The notes: generated by a model not told the origin, from the letters alone. A stretch of 64,000 nucleotides of DNA from the human T2T-CHM13v2.0 reference genome, Homo sapiens (GCA_009914755.4 CP086569.2:17856001-17920000); one strand, 5' to 3'; counted from the first letter of the stretch, positions 10,451 through 29,971 are shown. Numbers and translations are program-made.

Positions 10451-12466
10451 GTATTGGAAGTTTTAGTCAGAGCAATCAGGCAAGAGAAAGAAATAAAGTG
10501 TATTCAAATAGGAAGAGAGTAAATCAAATTTTCTCTGTATGAAAATGACATAATGATGTATTTAGAAAAAACCATTGTGTCCGCCCCAAATCTCCTTAAG
10601 ATGATATGCAATTTCAGCAAAGTCTTAGGATACAAAATCCATGTGCAAAAATCACAAGCAGTCCTATGCACCAATAACAGACAAACAGAGAGCCACATCA
10701 TGAGTGAACTCCCATTCACAATTGCTACTGAGAGAATAAAATACCTAGGAAAACAACTTACAAGAGATGTGAAGGACCCTTCCAAAGAGAATTACAAACC
10801 ACTTGCTCAAGGATATAAGAGAGAACAAAAACAAATGGAAAAGCATTCCATGCTCATGGATAAGAAGAATCAACACTGTGAAAATGGCCATACTGCCCAA
10901 AGTAATTTATAGGTTCAGTGCTCTCCCCATCAAGCTGCCATTGACTTTCTTTACAGAATTTTATATTTAAAAAACTAGTTTAAATTTTGTATGGAACCAA
11001 AAAAGAGCTCATATAGCCAAGAAAATCCTAAGCAGAAAGAAAAAGCTGGAGGCATCATGCTACCTGACTTAATACTACACTAAAAGTCCACAGTAACCAA
11101 AACAGAATGGCACTGGTACCAAAACAGATATATAGACCAATGAAACAGAATAGAGGCCTCAGAAATAATGCCACACATCTATAACAATCAGATCTTTGAC
11201 AAACCTGACAAAACCAAGCAATGGTAAAAAATTCCCTGTTTAACAAATAGTGTTGGGAGAACTGGCTAGCCTTAGGCAGAAAACTGAAACTGGACCCATT
11301 CCTCAAACCTTATACAAAAATTAACTCAAGATGGATTAAAGACTTAAATGTGGGCCTAAAACTATAAAAAACCTAGAAGAAAACCTAGGCAATAACCATT
11401 CAGAACATAAGCATTGGTAAAATCTTCCTGACAAAAACACCAAAAGCAATGTCAACAAAAGCCAAAATTGAGAAATGGGATCTAATCAAGCTAACAAGCT
11501 TCTGCACAGCAAAAAAATAAACTATCATCAGAGTGGACAGGCAACCTACAGAATGGGAGAAGATTTTTGCAAAGGGATAATTTGACAGAGGGCTAATATC
11601 CAGAATCTACAAAGAACTTAAACAAATTTACAAGAAAAAAAAACAATCAGATCAAAAAGTTGGTGAAGGATATGAACAGACACTTCTCAAAAGAAGACAT
11701 TTAAGCACCCAATAAACGTTTGAAAAAAATCTCATCACTGGTCATTAGAGAGATGCAAATTAAAACCACAATGAGATACCATCTCACTCCAGTTAGAATG
11801 GCAATCACTAAAAAGTCAGGAAACAACATATGCTGAAGAGGATGTGGAGAAACAGGAACAGTTTTATACAGTTTATGTGAGTGTAAATTAGTTAACCCAT
11901 TGTGGAAAACAGTATGATGATTCCTCAAGGATCTAGAACCAGAAATACCAATGGACCCAGCAATTCCATTACTGGGTATATACTCAAAGGATTATAAATC
12001 AACCAACTATAAAGAAATATGCACACATATGTTTATTGCAGCGTGTTTCACAATATCAAAGACTTGGAACCAACCCAAATGTTCATCAATGATAGAATAG
12101 ATAAAGAAAATGTGGCATGTATATGCTGTGGAATACTATGCAGCCACAAAAAGGGATGAGTTCATGTTCTTTGCAGTAACATGGATGAAGCTGGAAACCA
12201 TGATTCTCAGCAAACTAACACAAGAACAGAAAATCAAACATTGCATGTTCTGACTCATAAGTAGGAGCTGATCAATGAGAACACATGGACACAGGGAGGG
12301 GAACATCACATACAGGGGTGGGGGGTTGGAGGGGTTTGAGAGGGTTAGCACTGGGAGAAATACCTAATGTAGATGATGAGGGTTGATGGGAACAGCAAAC
12401 TACCATAATACCTGTATACCTGTGCAACAAACCCGCACGTTCTGCCCATGTATTCCAGAACTTAAA

Positions 12467-12476
<10 letters not shown>
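10451..12476 (+). mobile_element. L1 (same element as 1-4178), 3' part: ORF2 C-terminal half plus 3' UTR
   Basis: The first 6 bp are the 3' TSD copy GTATTG. ORF2 text includes [29 protein letters not shown] and [21 protein letters not shown]. The 3' UTR ends in ..cctgtgcaacaaacccgcacgttctgcccatgtattccagaacttaaag before a (TA)n(CA)n tail. Confidence 0.85.
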
Positions 12477-12517
<41 letters not shown>

Positions 12518-12595
12518 TACACACATATATATACATACACACACACATACACACACACACACGCACATGTATATTTTATATATATATAAACTTGG
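12470..12595. repeat. (TA)n(CA)n compound microsatellite at the L1 3' end
   Basis: A direct run of atatat.. then acacac.. with interruptions. Confidence 0.9.
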
Positions 12596-13439
12596 AATCT
12601 GTGTTTTTTCTAAGTTTTCACATAAGCTAGGGTCCTCTGGTAATTACTACAATTACTACCAACCCTCCAATTCAGCAATTAATCCATTTACTCAGGAAGG
12701 TTGAGAACATTGTCACCTGGTTACTTTGTTGTTTCATTAATATCCCTCATTCTGTCGTTAAACACTCCTGCTACTTTCTGTTGTTAAACTCTCCCTTTCC
12801 TTAAAAATGCAAGAGGCATCTCTTTCTACCTGCTTTCTCAATGTAATGGCTTTCTCCCTGAAGATAACTGTTTTCTTTTTCTCCGGGTATTCTCTCACAA
12901 TTCTAATTACTGGTCCTGGAATTTAAGTCTTTATTTTTTTTGTAATGGTGTTTGCCTGGCTATGACTTTTGTAGCCTCTTCTAAAATCTCTGCTACTCTA
13001 AAATTGAACATTTGGCCTCATCATTATCTATGGACCCTTTCCACCATTTTATCTACCAATACATTTTCAATGATTTTAATTTTGAATCAAATGTCCAACA
13101 TCACTAGAAAGTTGTTGCATCCTGTGGAAAATTGTCTAGGGACTTCATTGAAAATATCTTTTGCATTTTTAAAATTATTTTTAGTCTATTTATCATACTT
13201 TTCTAATCAGATTTTTTCATAGCTGGAACAATGATTTAATTCTTCCATCTTTCTCTCTGTGTGTGTGAGAGAGAATGTGGACAACAGCCACCATATAACT
13301 GGCTGTGTCATATGCTCAGATACTGTGAAAAATAATGAGACATTGTTTAGGGATTTTAGATTTCAGATGACTAATTTTGTTTATCTCTTTGACTGTTAAG
13401 AATAATACTTCTAATTAAATTCATTTTAGATTTACTAAA

Positions 13440-14450
13440 ACATTTTTAAGAGATGCCATCTAACAGAATGGCTACTAATAAAATGTCAAAAAATAAAAAA
13501 TACTGGTGAGATTACGGAGAAAAAGATATGCTTGTACACTGTTGGTGGGAGTGTAAATTAGTTCAGTCTTTGTGAAAGACAGTGTGGCAGTTCCTCAAAT
13601 ATGTAAACATCAAAATACCGTTCAACCCAGAAATCCCATTACTGGGTATATACCCAAAGGAATATAAATTATTCTGGATGTTTACTGCAACACTATTCAA
13701 AATAGGAGGGAAATTGAATTAATCTAAATGCCCATGAGTGATAGACTGGATAAAGAAAATGTGATGACTGGGCATGGTGGCTCACACCAGTAATCCCAGC
13801 ACTTTGGGAGGCTGAGGCAGGCAGATCACAAGGTCAGGAGATTGAGACCATCCTGGCTAACGTGGTGAAATCCCACCTCTACTAACAATACAAAAAATTA
13901 GCCGGGCATGGTGACTTGCACCTGTATTCCCAGCTACTCTGGAGGTTGAGGCAGTAGAATCACTTGAATCTGGGTGGGGGAAGTTGCAGTGAGCCGAGAT
14001 GGTGCCACTGCTCTGGAGCCTGGCAACACAGCAAGACTTTGTCTCAAAAACAAACAAACAAACAAAAAACAAGAACAACAATATATACAAGATGGAATAT
14101 CATGTAGTCATAAAAAAGAATGAGATTATACCCTTTGTGGGATCATGGATGGACCACTATACTTAGCAAACTAATGTGGAACAGAAAAACCAAATACCAC
14201 ATATTCTCATTTATAAGTGGAAACTAAAAGGCAAGAGAATACATGGACACCCAGAAGGGAACAACACATAAGGAGGCCTTTTGGAGACTGGAGGTAGGAG
14301 AAGGGAGAGGCTCAGGAAAAATAATTAATGGATATTAGGCTGAATACCTGAGTGATGAAGTAATCTGTACAACAAACCACCATGATGGAAGTTTACCTAT
14401 GCAACAAACCTGCACATGTGTCCTTGAACTTAAAAGTTTTTTAAAAAATT
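13440..14450 (+). mobile_element. Old L1 (L1PB/L1MA-like) 3'-end fragment, interrupted by an Alu
   Basis: CWRGCGE../[15 protein letters not shown] ORF2 C-terminal sequence (tactggtgagattacggagaaaaag..gtgggagtgtaaattagttcag) and 3' UTR (..caacaaacctgcacatgtgtcc). Confidence 0.7.
13766..14082 (+). mobile_element. Alu (S/Y-like) nested in the L1 3' fragment
   Basis: ggctgggcatggtggctcacaccagtaatcccagcactttgggaggc ... gcctggcaacacagcaagactttgtctcaaaaacaaacaaac A-rich tail. Confidence 0.9.
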
Positions 14451-15339
14451 ATCCAGTTTACTGTCATTAATTATTTCATAGCAAACAAACATTGTATTTT
14501 CTTTTTTCCAGTAAGAGAAAATTTCAAGTGACATTCCGGAAATTTGCATTCTTTAGATCTCTTTGTTTCTTCCAATTCTGGTCTTCATTTCAGCTTTAGC
14601 TAAACCCTAGCTCCAGGTCCCATGAGTGACCATCATAGTACGTCCTCTATCTTTGTTTCCTGGTGAGCTCACGTTTGTGTCTCTCTGAAGCACCCAGAAT
14701 TCTTTCACTTGCAATGCCTAAGTCCAGACTTCCTATTCTTTATAGTCCAGAAACTTGAAATTTGCATTTTACAGACCCAAGCATCCATATTGTCTAGGAA
14801 ACTGATGGATATGTCAGAAATAATGTAAGTCAGACTCCATCTCCAAGCCTACTTCTCTTGTATGTAACCCAGCTAGGAATTTATTTAGTTGGTCTTCACT
14901 GATCTGTGGCATTCTTTCTCCTTTCACAACTTTGCACATCAGTCCAGTGTGGATCGAAGTTTAAGAAACCAGAGCCCAAACCAGTAAACATTCTTGTCAT
15001 AGGTCTCATTTCTTCTCACATAGTCTGCTTACTAGAAAGGCATTTTAGATATATCTTCTCATGCGGTTAAATGTCAGTCTTGAAGTTAGTAAAAATGAAT
15101 CATGAACTGTAAGATGTCTGAAGTGTTGCAGATCACTGAAGTTTTGTTCAAGCAATCCTATACCTACCTATTCTAGGCAGATCACAGTTCTATTTGTATA
15201 CACAACCCACCTTGAGCTTGAACATAGGCTTGATAAAGGATATGCACTGAACATCTCTTTAGTCAGTAGAGCAGTTCTTTGCTGAATGCAGTAAACCTGT
15301 TGACACTGAAAGTGTTCTACAAAGAAAGAAACAACATAC

Positions 15340-15500
15340 ATTGGGATCTACTTGGGGAGAAGGATGGGAGGAGGGAGAGGAGCAGGAAAGAACTGTTGGG
15401 CATGGGTCTTGATACTAGGATGATAAAATAATCTGTACAACAAAATCCTGTGATGTGTGTTACTGATGTAAAAACCTTCACATGTACCCCCAAACCTAAA
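15340..15500 (+). mobile_element. L1 3'-UTR fragment (old family)
   Basis: ..gataaaataatctgtacaacaaaatcctgtgatgtgtgttactgatgtaaaaaccttcacatgtaccccc. This matches the L1 3'-end 'caacaaacccccatgacacacatttacctatgtaacaaacctgcac' theme. Confidence 0.5.
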
Positions 15501-15674
15501 AGTCAAGAAAAAGAGAAAATGTTCTATTACTTTAAGCAAAAACTCTGATTTTGACTTATTAGCAAATTTTAATAATGCCATATTATAATACTCACCATCT
15601 GTTTATTTGTGAGAAAATGACTGTTTAAAGTACTTGGTATTTCTTCAAATGTTACACATAACTAAGATTTAAAG

Positions 15675-16210
15675 CAGTAGTCCCCAAGTTTTTTGGCACC
15701 AGGACCAGTTTAGTGGAAGACAATTTTTCCATGGACAGTGGTGACAGGTTTTGGAGTGGGTGATTTCTGGATGATTCAAGCACATTACATTTATTGTGCA
15801 CTGTATATCTATGATTATTATATTGTAATATATAATGAAATTATATATATACATAAAATATATAATGAAATAAGACACTTCACCATAATGGAATTGGTGG
15901 GAACCCTAAGCTTATTTTCCTGAAACTAGGTGGTCCCATCTAGAGGTGACAAGATACAGTGAAAGATCATCAGGCATTAGATTTTCGTAAAGAAGTTGCA
16001 GCTTATATCCCTTGCATGCACAGTTCATTATGGAGTTATTGCTCATATGAGAATCTACTGCTGCTGCTGATCTGACAGGAGGCAGAGCTCAGACAGTGAT
16101 GTGAGCAATGAGGAGGGACTGTAAATACAGATCTAGCTTTTCTTGTTGAACCACCAATCACAGGCCCTAGACCAGTAGTGGTCCATGGCCCAGGGGCTGG
16201 GGACCCATGA
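15675..16210 (+). mobile_element. Non-autonomous DNA transposon, copy 1 (MER30-like; superfamily hAT or Tc1/mariner uncertain)
   Basis: Termini cagtagtccccaagttttttggcaccaggaccagtttagtggaagacaatttttccatggacag ... cacaggccctagaccagtagtggtccatggcccaggggctggggacc, with an internal tcatcaggcattagatt..gagaatcta..gctgatctgacaggaggcagagctcag core. The same family recurs at 46814 and 57790. Confidence 0.65.
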
Positions 16211-17002
16211 TTTAAAGCATCCTTGTGTCTTAAATATTGTGCAAATAGCACATGTCTAAAGTTTAGTTCTTAAGCAACAGGTCCTGGGTCAAGTATTCTT
16301 GTGTGGTGAGGTGCTGAGAAAATGCTCCCTGGAGAAACTCATAGAAGGCAAAGACAAGTAGGTAGAGAAGACCAGGAGCCCTCAGTTTGATCCCATAGGG
16401 AACTGTAGAGCCTAAGTGGTCCCAGAGGACATTTCTCAACTAAAACAAATGAAGCAGAGCACATTGGTCAGGCGTGGCTAGTAGTTGACTTAGGGTGTGC
16501 CCAGGAGTATCAACTCCCAGGGATCTCCAGGTAAGGAAGAAGCAAATAAATGGTTCTCTTAAAAATAGTGCAGGTATGAATTTGTAGTAGCAATAGCACA
16601 GCATCTCTATGAAGAGGATTTGCATGGAGAACCCAGCTTCTAGTAGCATGAAAAGTCTATTTTCAGCCTCAATTTTATGTGGTCTATAAAACTCTATCGG
16701 TACACAGCCTCTTGACTTACTCTTGAATAAAATGCCATTTCCTAGCCAGAGTTTCTCTTTCTCCAAGGTATTCAGCTGCTTTCTTCCTATGTCTTCACTT
16801 GTTACTTCGAGTTTGGCACAAGCAATTAATTTCTGTCTCTGAATGCAACCCTGTTTAATTCACCAAGGAGATATGCCTCTTAAGAGCATTTTAGCCTCAC
16901 AATTAACACATAGTTTTTTAGTGGGTTTATAATCTGCTTCTCCTCAAGAAGAAGAAAAATCAGGATGAAAGCCCCCTGCAATTATTCATGGTATTACTAT
17001 AA

Positions 17003-17782
<780 letters not shown>

Positions 17783-17792
17783 TAATTTTTAA

Positions 17793-18143
<351 letters not shown>

Positions 18144-19611
18144 CATGTCTCTTCATTTTTAAAATTTGAAATCTGCTTTGTTGTCATGTTTAGGAAATGC
18201 TCCAATGACATATATTCCTCATTTTATTTTTATACTCACTTTCCACACAGAGTAACAGATTTTATTTGCAATTCTACCTATTTAAATTGCAGGTTACTAT
18301 GAAAATTAGACCAGACTAGACATTTTCAGGCTTTGCAGCATGTAAGAATAAATTGGATGAACCATTCTACTTGGAGATTCTATGTCCTCATGTGGAGCAA
18401 GACTAGCTCTATCAGAGTGGTTGGAACAAGGATGGGTCTATTTAACAGTTAGTCCCATGTGATTGTGCAGTGAGTTGCCCATGGTGCAAATACTAAGACC
18501 TGCTGTGAGGGGATCAGTTTTAGGAAGACAAAGGATCATCTAACTTGTTTGCATTTTCTTAGTTGCATTAATGGGTGCTGAAATAACATTTTTTTCCCCT
18601 TAAATAGACCGTGGATAATCAATGCTTCCCTCATTCTCATGAAATCAAGCAGAGCAAAACCGTAAAATCCTTTCATTTCCTATTTGCATGTAAAGGTCTG
18701 GGTCAGGTTTTCCTGCCCTGATAAATGTGTGGCCTTCCTGTTTTTACTATTTTCCACATTTTCTGAATCTTATGAGATTTCTGCTTTGCATAATGTTGCA
18801 CTACATGATATGTGTCCTGTTGCTTTCCAAACTTTTCATGTTTCAAACTTATTATCCTCAGTACTGTATTTTGTTTTACTCACAGCTCATTCATGGATAA
18901 CTTACTTACACTTATATGCCCCTCCATATGACAGTGAACTCCTATTCATCCCTCAAAAACCTAAATAGCTAGTACCATCTCTGGAAAGTTATTTTCTTAT
19001 ACATTATCTCTTCATTCATCCCTGTATACCTCTTTATTTTATTTTTTCTGTCTGTACTCTCCCTATAATTTCAGTATTTCCATGTCTGCACTCATTTATT
19101 GAACATGAACGTGCATATCACCCCTCTAAAACTGCAAGAGGTGTTGGAGGGACATTATTTATTTTTCTGTTTATTCATTCATTTACTTACACATTTGCCT
19201 TATTTTCAGTGGTTAGTATATTGTCTGGTATATGGTAGGGATATAATTTTTTAGTTGAATTTATCTAAATCATCTTGTATCAGCAGTCATTGGCTGTTAC
19301 AGTTGAGAGATTGGGCCCTACTCGTGTCCAGTTTGTAGAGACCAGGGGTGATGATAAAAATCCTACACTGTACAGTACAGTCCCCCTAGCAAACAATCAT
19401 TGGGTCCAAAATGTCACCTGGCCAGAGGTGAGAATTCCTGACTGTGTTGTGTGCTTCCTGATGGTAAGCTCTACATAACTTGTAAGTTATGTTAGAAGTC
19501 ACATAATTCGAGATTTTTGCAAAGAACACAATGAAGTATACTTCCAGAGTAGTGACAAGACAATGTGCCAAAGTCAATCTTATTAAATAAGTTGATGTCT
19601 GTTAATTCTGA

Positions 19612-20121
19612 TGATAGTTTATTTTGCTGTGCAGAAGCTCTTTAGTTTGATTATATCCCATTTGTCAATTTTGGCTTTTGTTGCCATTGCTTTTGGTGTT
19701 TTAGTTATGAGGTATTTTTTCATGCCTATGTCGTGAATGGTATTGCCTATGCTTGCTTCTAGGGTTTTTTATGGTTTTGGATTTTGCCTTTAAGTCTTTA
19801 ATCCATCTTGAGTTAATTTTTGTATAAGGTGGAAGGAAGGGGTCTGGTTTCTGTTTTCTGCATATGGCTAGCCAGTTTTCACAGCACAATTTATTAAATA
19901 GGGAATCTTCACCATTGCTTGTTTTTGTCAGGTTTTATGGAGGTAAGATGGTTGTAGATATGTGGTGTTATTTCTGAAGTCTCTGTTCTGTTCCATTGAT
20001 CTGTATATCTGTTTTGGTACCAGTACCATGTTGTTTTGCTTACTGTAGCCTTGTAGTATAGTTTGAAATCAGGTAGCATGATGCCTTCAGCTTTGTTCTT
20101 TCTGCTTAGTACTGTGTTTTC
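19612..20121 (-). mobile_element. Older L1 ORF2 fragment (3' portion of a host L1 into which a younger L1PA inserted)
   Basis: The reverse complement encodes ..[35 protein letters not shown]... It is colinear with the fragment at 24811-24960, which encodes ..[24 protein letters not shown]. Confidence 0.7.
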
Positions 20122-24810
<4,689 letters not shown>

Positions 24811-24960
24811 ACATAGTCCCTTATTTGATTCCACATAAAATTTAGAGTAGTTTTTTCTAAATCTGTGAGGAAAGTCAATGGTAGTTTGATGGGAATATAC
24901 TTGGTGATAGATTGATTAATTGCATAATTGAAGAATTAATTTTTTTTGTAAAAATTTTAT
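24811..24960 (-). mobile_element. Older L1 ORF2 fragment (5' side of the nested-insertion host)
   Basis: Its reverse complement aaaaaaaattaattcttcaattatgcaattaatcaatctatcaccaagtatattcccatcaaactaccattgactttcctcacagatttagaaaaaactactctaaattttatgtggaatc matches L1 ORF2 ..[24 protein letters not shown]. Confidence 0.6.
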
Positions 24961-26469
24961 GTGAGGTTTTTGAAGATGTATGTCGGCTATATGCTAGAAG
25001 AATCTCATTCATTGCCTTCATTTTCAGAGTAAAATCCAGTGAACTTTGTCTGATATAGTTCATTCCTCCTTCATAGCCTTATCTCATGTTAGCAACAAAT
25101 CCAAGGATATTTCTTCCATATGCCATATTCTCACTCACTTGAGTCAGAAGAATAGTATAAAATTTTTGTTTTGTTTTGTTTTGTTTTGCATTTTGCTTTT
25201 ATTGATTCTACATTCTTTCTGACAAAGTGAAGAATATACCAAAAGGGAAAATTCAGCAAGTATTTCCAATGGAACAATCTCAGAGCTGTGTTGGAAATGG
25301 GAAAAGTCTGCCATTATGATGATATAGTTCTGCCTTCCCCATGGGACAACACAGGCAAAATTAGTTTTGGATTTATTTATTCTGTGTTATTTACAAGATT
25401 TGAAATACTTGTAACATTAACAACTCAACTCTTACCGAATGCTGAAAGATGCATTCATTTAGCCTTCACGTATACTTGAAGGTAAGCAGGCGATACGTGT
25501 TATTAAGAGAGGAACCATCTCAGCTCTCACAAATTATGCAGATCCGAGGAAGAATGAGAGATTTAATCCTTACATTATATTAAGTGTGCTGATGAGAGAT
25601 CATACCTGATCAAGTCTGGTGAGTCAAATAAGGTTCGCAGAAATGAAAGATGGCTGAACAGCATGCAGAAAAGGTTGAGTGTAGCCTTGAGTAGAAGTTG
25701 AGTACCAAGGAAATAGTCAAGCTGTTATTAAACAATAAAACATGTTCCTCTATGAGGGCAATCTCAACATGTTTTATGGGCCAAATAATGTCCTATATGG
25801 CTGATATTTAGCACGCTAGAGGGATGGGAAAAAGTACGAGGAAGAATTATGTCATGGGAGCAGTAGGCAGAAGGCTTTGTAGTATTCCAGAAGACCTGAT
25901 TCACATGAAAATAATTCACATGGAAAGAAATGTGGACATTTTTAGCGTGGGAGTAGTGTGATTCATGCTCTGTCTTAGAAGGACAACTCCGGGTACATAA
26001 TGTTGACTGGTTTGGATGGGAAGGAAGATGGCACCAATGAGAAGAAAGTGGATGCTCTTTTTAGCATCAACCAGGCTTCCTCTGATCTTTGCAACCTTCT
26101 TATTGTAGTAATGTGATATAGTAGTGGTTAGAGTGTATGAGTGTCATGGGTAGGCATGTAAGAAACAGATGTGTTCACATGGTATTTACCAAGTGGAATT
26201 GACAGGATCTGCTGACGCATAGGGTCTCAGATGAGGGAAGACAGCAGGGTCCAGAAAAAAATCTTGTGAGCTTTTGACTAGGAAAGGGATAGCAAAGACA
26301 TGAATTGAGACAATGTACACCAGGGTGGCAATAATCACCTGTGGCATAATGGCAAAGAGGGTTAGATGATGCACTTGGTCAGGTCAGTTAAAGAGGAAGA
26401 AGACATCCAAGTTAGGATGTCCTTTAGGTGGTAGAAAATGAGGTGTTGTTTTTTTATTTTTATTTTTAT

Positions 26470-26990
26470 TTTTTTACATGTTGTGTAGATATACAGTGGG
26501 ATTTCATTCAGCTTTAAAATAGAAAGAACCAGTGTCATCTGCAACAGCATGAATGAAACTGGAGAACATTAAGTGAAATAAGCCATCCATAGAGAGACAA
26601 ATACCACAAAATCTAACTTATAATGTGAAATTTGAAAAAATCAAACTCATAGAAGTAGAGAATAGATGGTAGTTACCAAGTACTGGGGTGGAAGCCTTGG
26701 GGAGATATTGGTCAAAGCATACAAATTACAAATTAGATGACAAGAATAAGTTTGATAGATCTATTGCACAGCATGGTGACTATAGTTAATTATAGCATAA
26801 TGTATATGTCAAAATTACTAAAACAGTAGATCTTAAATGTTCTCACCAAATGATAGGTTTTTGAAGAGTTGAAGATGTTAATTAGCTTAATTTAATCATG
26901 ATATATACATATATATGGATATTAAGGCCTCCCATTGCAACCTATAAATATATACAATTATTGCCAATTAAAAACAAAATAAAATAATAC
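26470..26990 (+). mobile_element. Old L1 (L1M-type) 3'-end fragment
   Basis: ..aagccatccatagagagacaaataccacaaaatctaacttataatgtgaaatttgaaaaaatcaaactcatagaagtagagaatagatggtagttaccaagtactggggtggaag..ctattgcacagcatggtgactatagttaat.. has the typical L1M 3'-UTR organisation. Confidence 0.65.
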
Positions 26991-27004
26991 TTTTAAAAGC
27001 TCTA

Positions 27005-27300
27005 GGCCAGGTGCAGTGGCTCATGCCTGTAATCCCAGCGTTTTGAGAGGCCAAGGCAGGTCGATCACCTGAGTTCAGGTGTTTGAGACCAGCCTGGCCA
27101 ACAGGGCAAAAACTCACCTCTACTAAAAATAAAAAAAAAATAAGCTGGGCATGGTGACAGGCACCTGTAATCCCCGCTACTTGGGAGACTGAGGCAGGAG
27201 AATTACTTGAATCTGGGAAGTGGAGGTTGCAGTGTGCTGAGATAGTGCCACTGCTTTCCAGCCTGGGTGACAGAACCAGACTCTGTCTCAAAACAAAAAG
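27005..27300 (+). mobile_element. Alu
   Basis: ggccaggtgcagtggctcatgcctgtaatcccagcgttttgagaggc ... cagcctgggtgacagaaccagactctgtctcaaaacaaaaag. Confidence 0.9.
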
Positions 27301-27819
27301 AAGCTCTGAAAAGGTAACTTGAGGTTTCAGAATAATATACACTTTTCCTTCCTTCATGTAATTTTTTAAATCTTTAAACAACCAATTTATTTAATTAGAA
27401 AGCCACAAACATGCAAATGGCAGGTGTATAGAAATTTATTTGAATCAACATTTTCATTGTGGTGAAAATTATTTTTCAACATTGATCCAAGCTCCCACAT
27501 CTGAAGGTTAGGGAAAATATTGAACTTTGCACTTTCTAATACTCCTCATACAGCACAAAAACTTTTAAAAACATTCTGCTAGTTTTGTTTTATAGTTTAG
27601 TTTTGTTTTATAGTTTAGTTTTGTTTTATACCATCACCCAAATTCATGCCTTCATGTAATTTTTTAAATGTTTTCTCTAGAGGTTTTCATCATCTTGAGT
27701 GAAGAGACCTGGATTTGCCAATTTCTTGTGAAAGTACTTGAACTTGAGGAAGACAACTGGAAAATATTACCTGTTATTTCCTATCATGAAAATGAACTTG
27801 AAGCAGAATCTTGCCATTC

Positions 27820-28120
<301 letters not shown>

Positions 28121-28859
28121 CATCTCTGTAGAACAATTGACCTCCCAGTAGTAAGATTAGACAAGGTCAATATGTGGTCACAATTGGTATGAGCAATATT
28201 TCTTCAGTGTAAGACATTTCTGCATTATTTAATTGGCCCTAACTATTGGACAACTATGTCTTTCATTTAGCCTGTCTTCATTGAACTCCATGTTCTTAGG
28301 AAAATGTGTGTTGTTTGCATATTTTTTCCAAACAATCTTTGAATATTTTAAGACAAGGGTATTTTCCTCATATTGCTTTATTAACTTTATATGAGTAGGC
28401 TGATTTTCCAAAAACTGGGTACTGTATACAGTTGTACTGCTAATTATTGCTTTTCTGGAAAGATATTTGGAGTGCTTGGGGGAAAATTATGTTGGCATGA
28501 AGCTGTTTGGTTGTAGTACCTAAAATGGGAAAAAGATGCTTCAATTCTTTTTTTCAAATACTGTTATGGGATGATAAAGTCTGGAGATCTGGGTTCAAAC
28601 AGCAGCAATCTTGATAATTTGGTGGATCATTCTTTGTTTTGACATTATACTGTCCCATTCATTTGTCCTGGATCATTCTTTGTTGTGGCATTATACTGTC
28701 TCATGCACTGTGGGATGTTTATCTCCCTTCCTGCCCTCTACACACTGGAAGCAAATAGCACCCCTCACTCTGAACCTTGCCAAGGAAAAATGTCTCAAGA
28801 TTAAAATTAAAAGTCAGGAAGGAAGGCATCCAAGTTAGGATGTCCTCTAGGTGGTAAAA

Positions 28860-29110
28860 GGAGAGTAGAACAATGATGCATATATACACAATAGGATTTT
28901 ATCAGCCTTAAAATACAAGAAAATTCTGTCATATGTAAAGGCATGGATAAAGCTGGAAGACATCATGCTAGGTGAAACAAGCCAGGCACAGAGAGACCAA
29001 TACCACATGATCTCACTTATATGTGGAATCTGAAAAAGTCAAACTCATAGAAGTAGAGAGTAGAAATGACCCAGTGGGGATTCCGTTGCCAGGTTTGGCA
29101 AATAAACAGA
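28860..29110 (+). mobile_element. Old L1 3'-end fragment
   Basis: ..cttaaaatacaagaaaattctgtcatatgtaaaggcatggataaagctggaagacatcatgctaggtgaaacaagccaggcacagagagaccaataccacatgatctcacttatatgtggaatctgaaaaagtcaaactcatagaagtagagagtagaa.. Confidence 0.6.
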
Positions 29111-29744
29111 GCAAGTTAATTTTGAATATCAGGAAAACATGAGTAATTATTTAGCATATGTATGTCCCTTGCAATATTTTGTCTGGAAAGCCCACCTGCT
29201 GTATAAACATCACATGCAGCTTGCTATACTTGTTTCTTTCTCAGTACATTTACAAATATCTCAGGATCTCAGTTCTTGCGGGAAGACAAGGCATTCTGCA
29301 TTAGGAGAGTACTCAACATTATTCAACCTGTATATTTTTAGGTAGTATCACAAATTCAAAACAATCAAGTGCCCACATTCTCCCCATTTATTGTTAATTG
29401 AATATTTTTCACCTTCCCTTATACACCAAACTCAGATGGTGTTAAACGCTGATATTTGCTAAATTAACCCATGTCTTGAGGAGGATGTTGTATGGCAAAT
29501 TTCTCAATGACCCTTTAGAAATCTTCTTGTGGGAAATGGCTGAAAATTCTAATTATATGTTACGGGCTTGATAAATTTCTTGTCTGTAATAGTTTTTCCA
29601 CCAGATTATTTCTGCTGGGAAATCTTCATTTGGTAAAAATAAAGTGTATTCTTTTGCTTGAGGAAGAGAGTGGCCTTTATCTTCCAGCCTGCTGGTCCTA
29701 ATCTAATTACGTGGTGTGAAGAGCCATTTTGAGCAGTGAGACCA

Positions 29745-29890
29745 GACTGCACTGGCAATGAGTAATAACTCCTAACACAACAGCCAACAGACTCACAAAA
29801 TTAAAAGGTACATTCACAGACTGCACTGGCAATAGGTAATAACTCCTAACACAACAGCCAGCAGACTCACAAAATTAAAAGGTATCATTT
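29745..29890. repeat. Tandem duplication of about 2 x 70 bp
   Basis: gactgcactggcaatgagtaataactcctaacacaacagccaacagactcacaaaattaaaaggtacattcaca followed by gactgcactggcaataggtaataactcctaacacaacagccagcagactcacaaaattaaaaggtatcatttcaca. Confidence 0.85.
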
Positions 29891-29971
29891 CACATTTCTG
29901 GCAAGTTTTACAGCTGATGTAAACATCAAGTAGTTTTTACTCAGAGATTAATGCATAAAGTAGATGCATAA

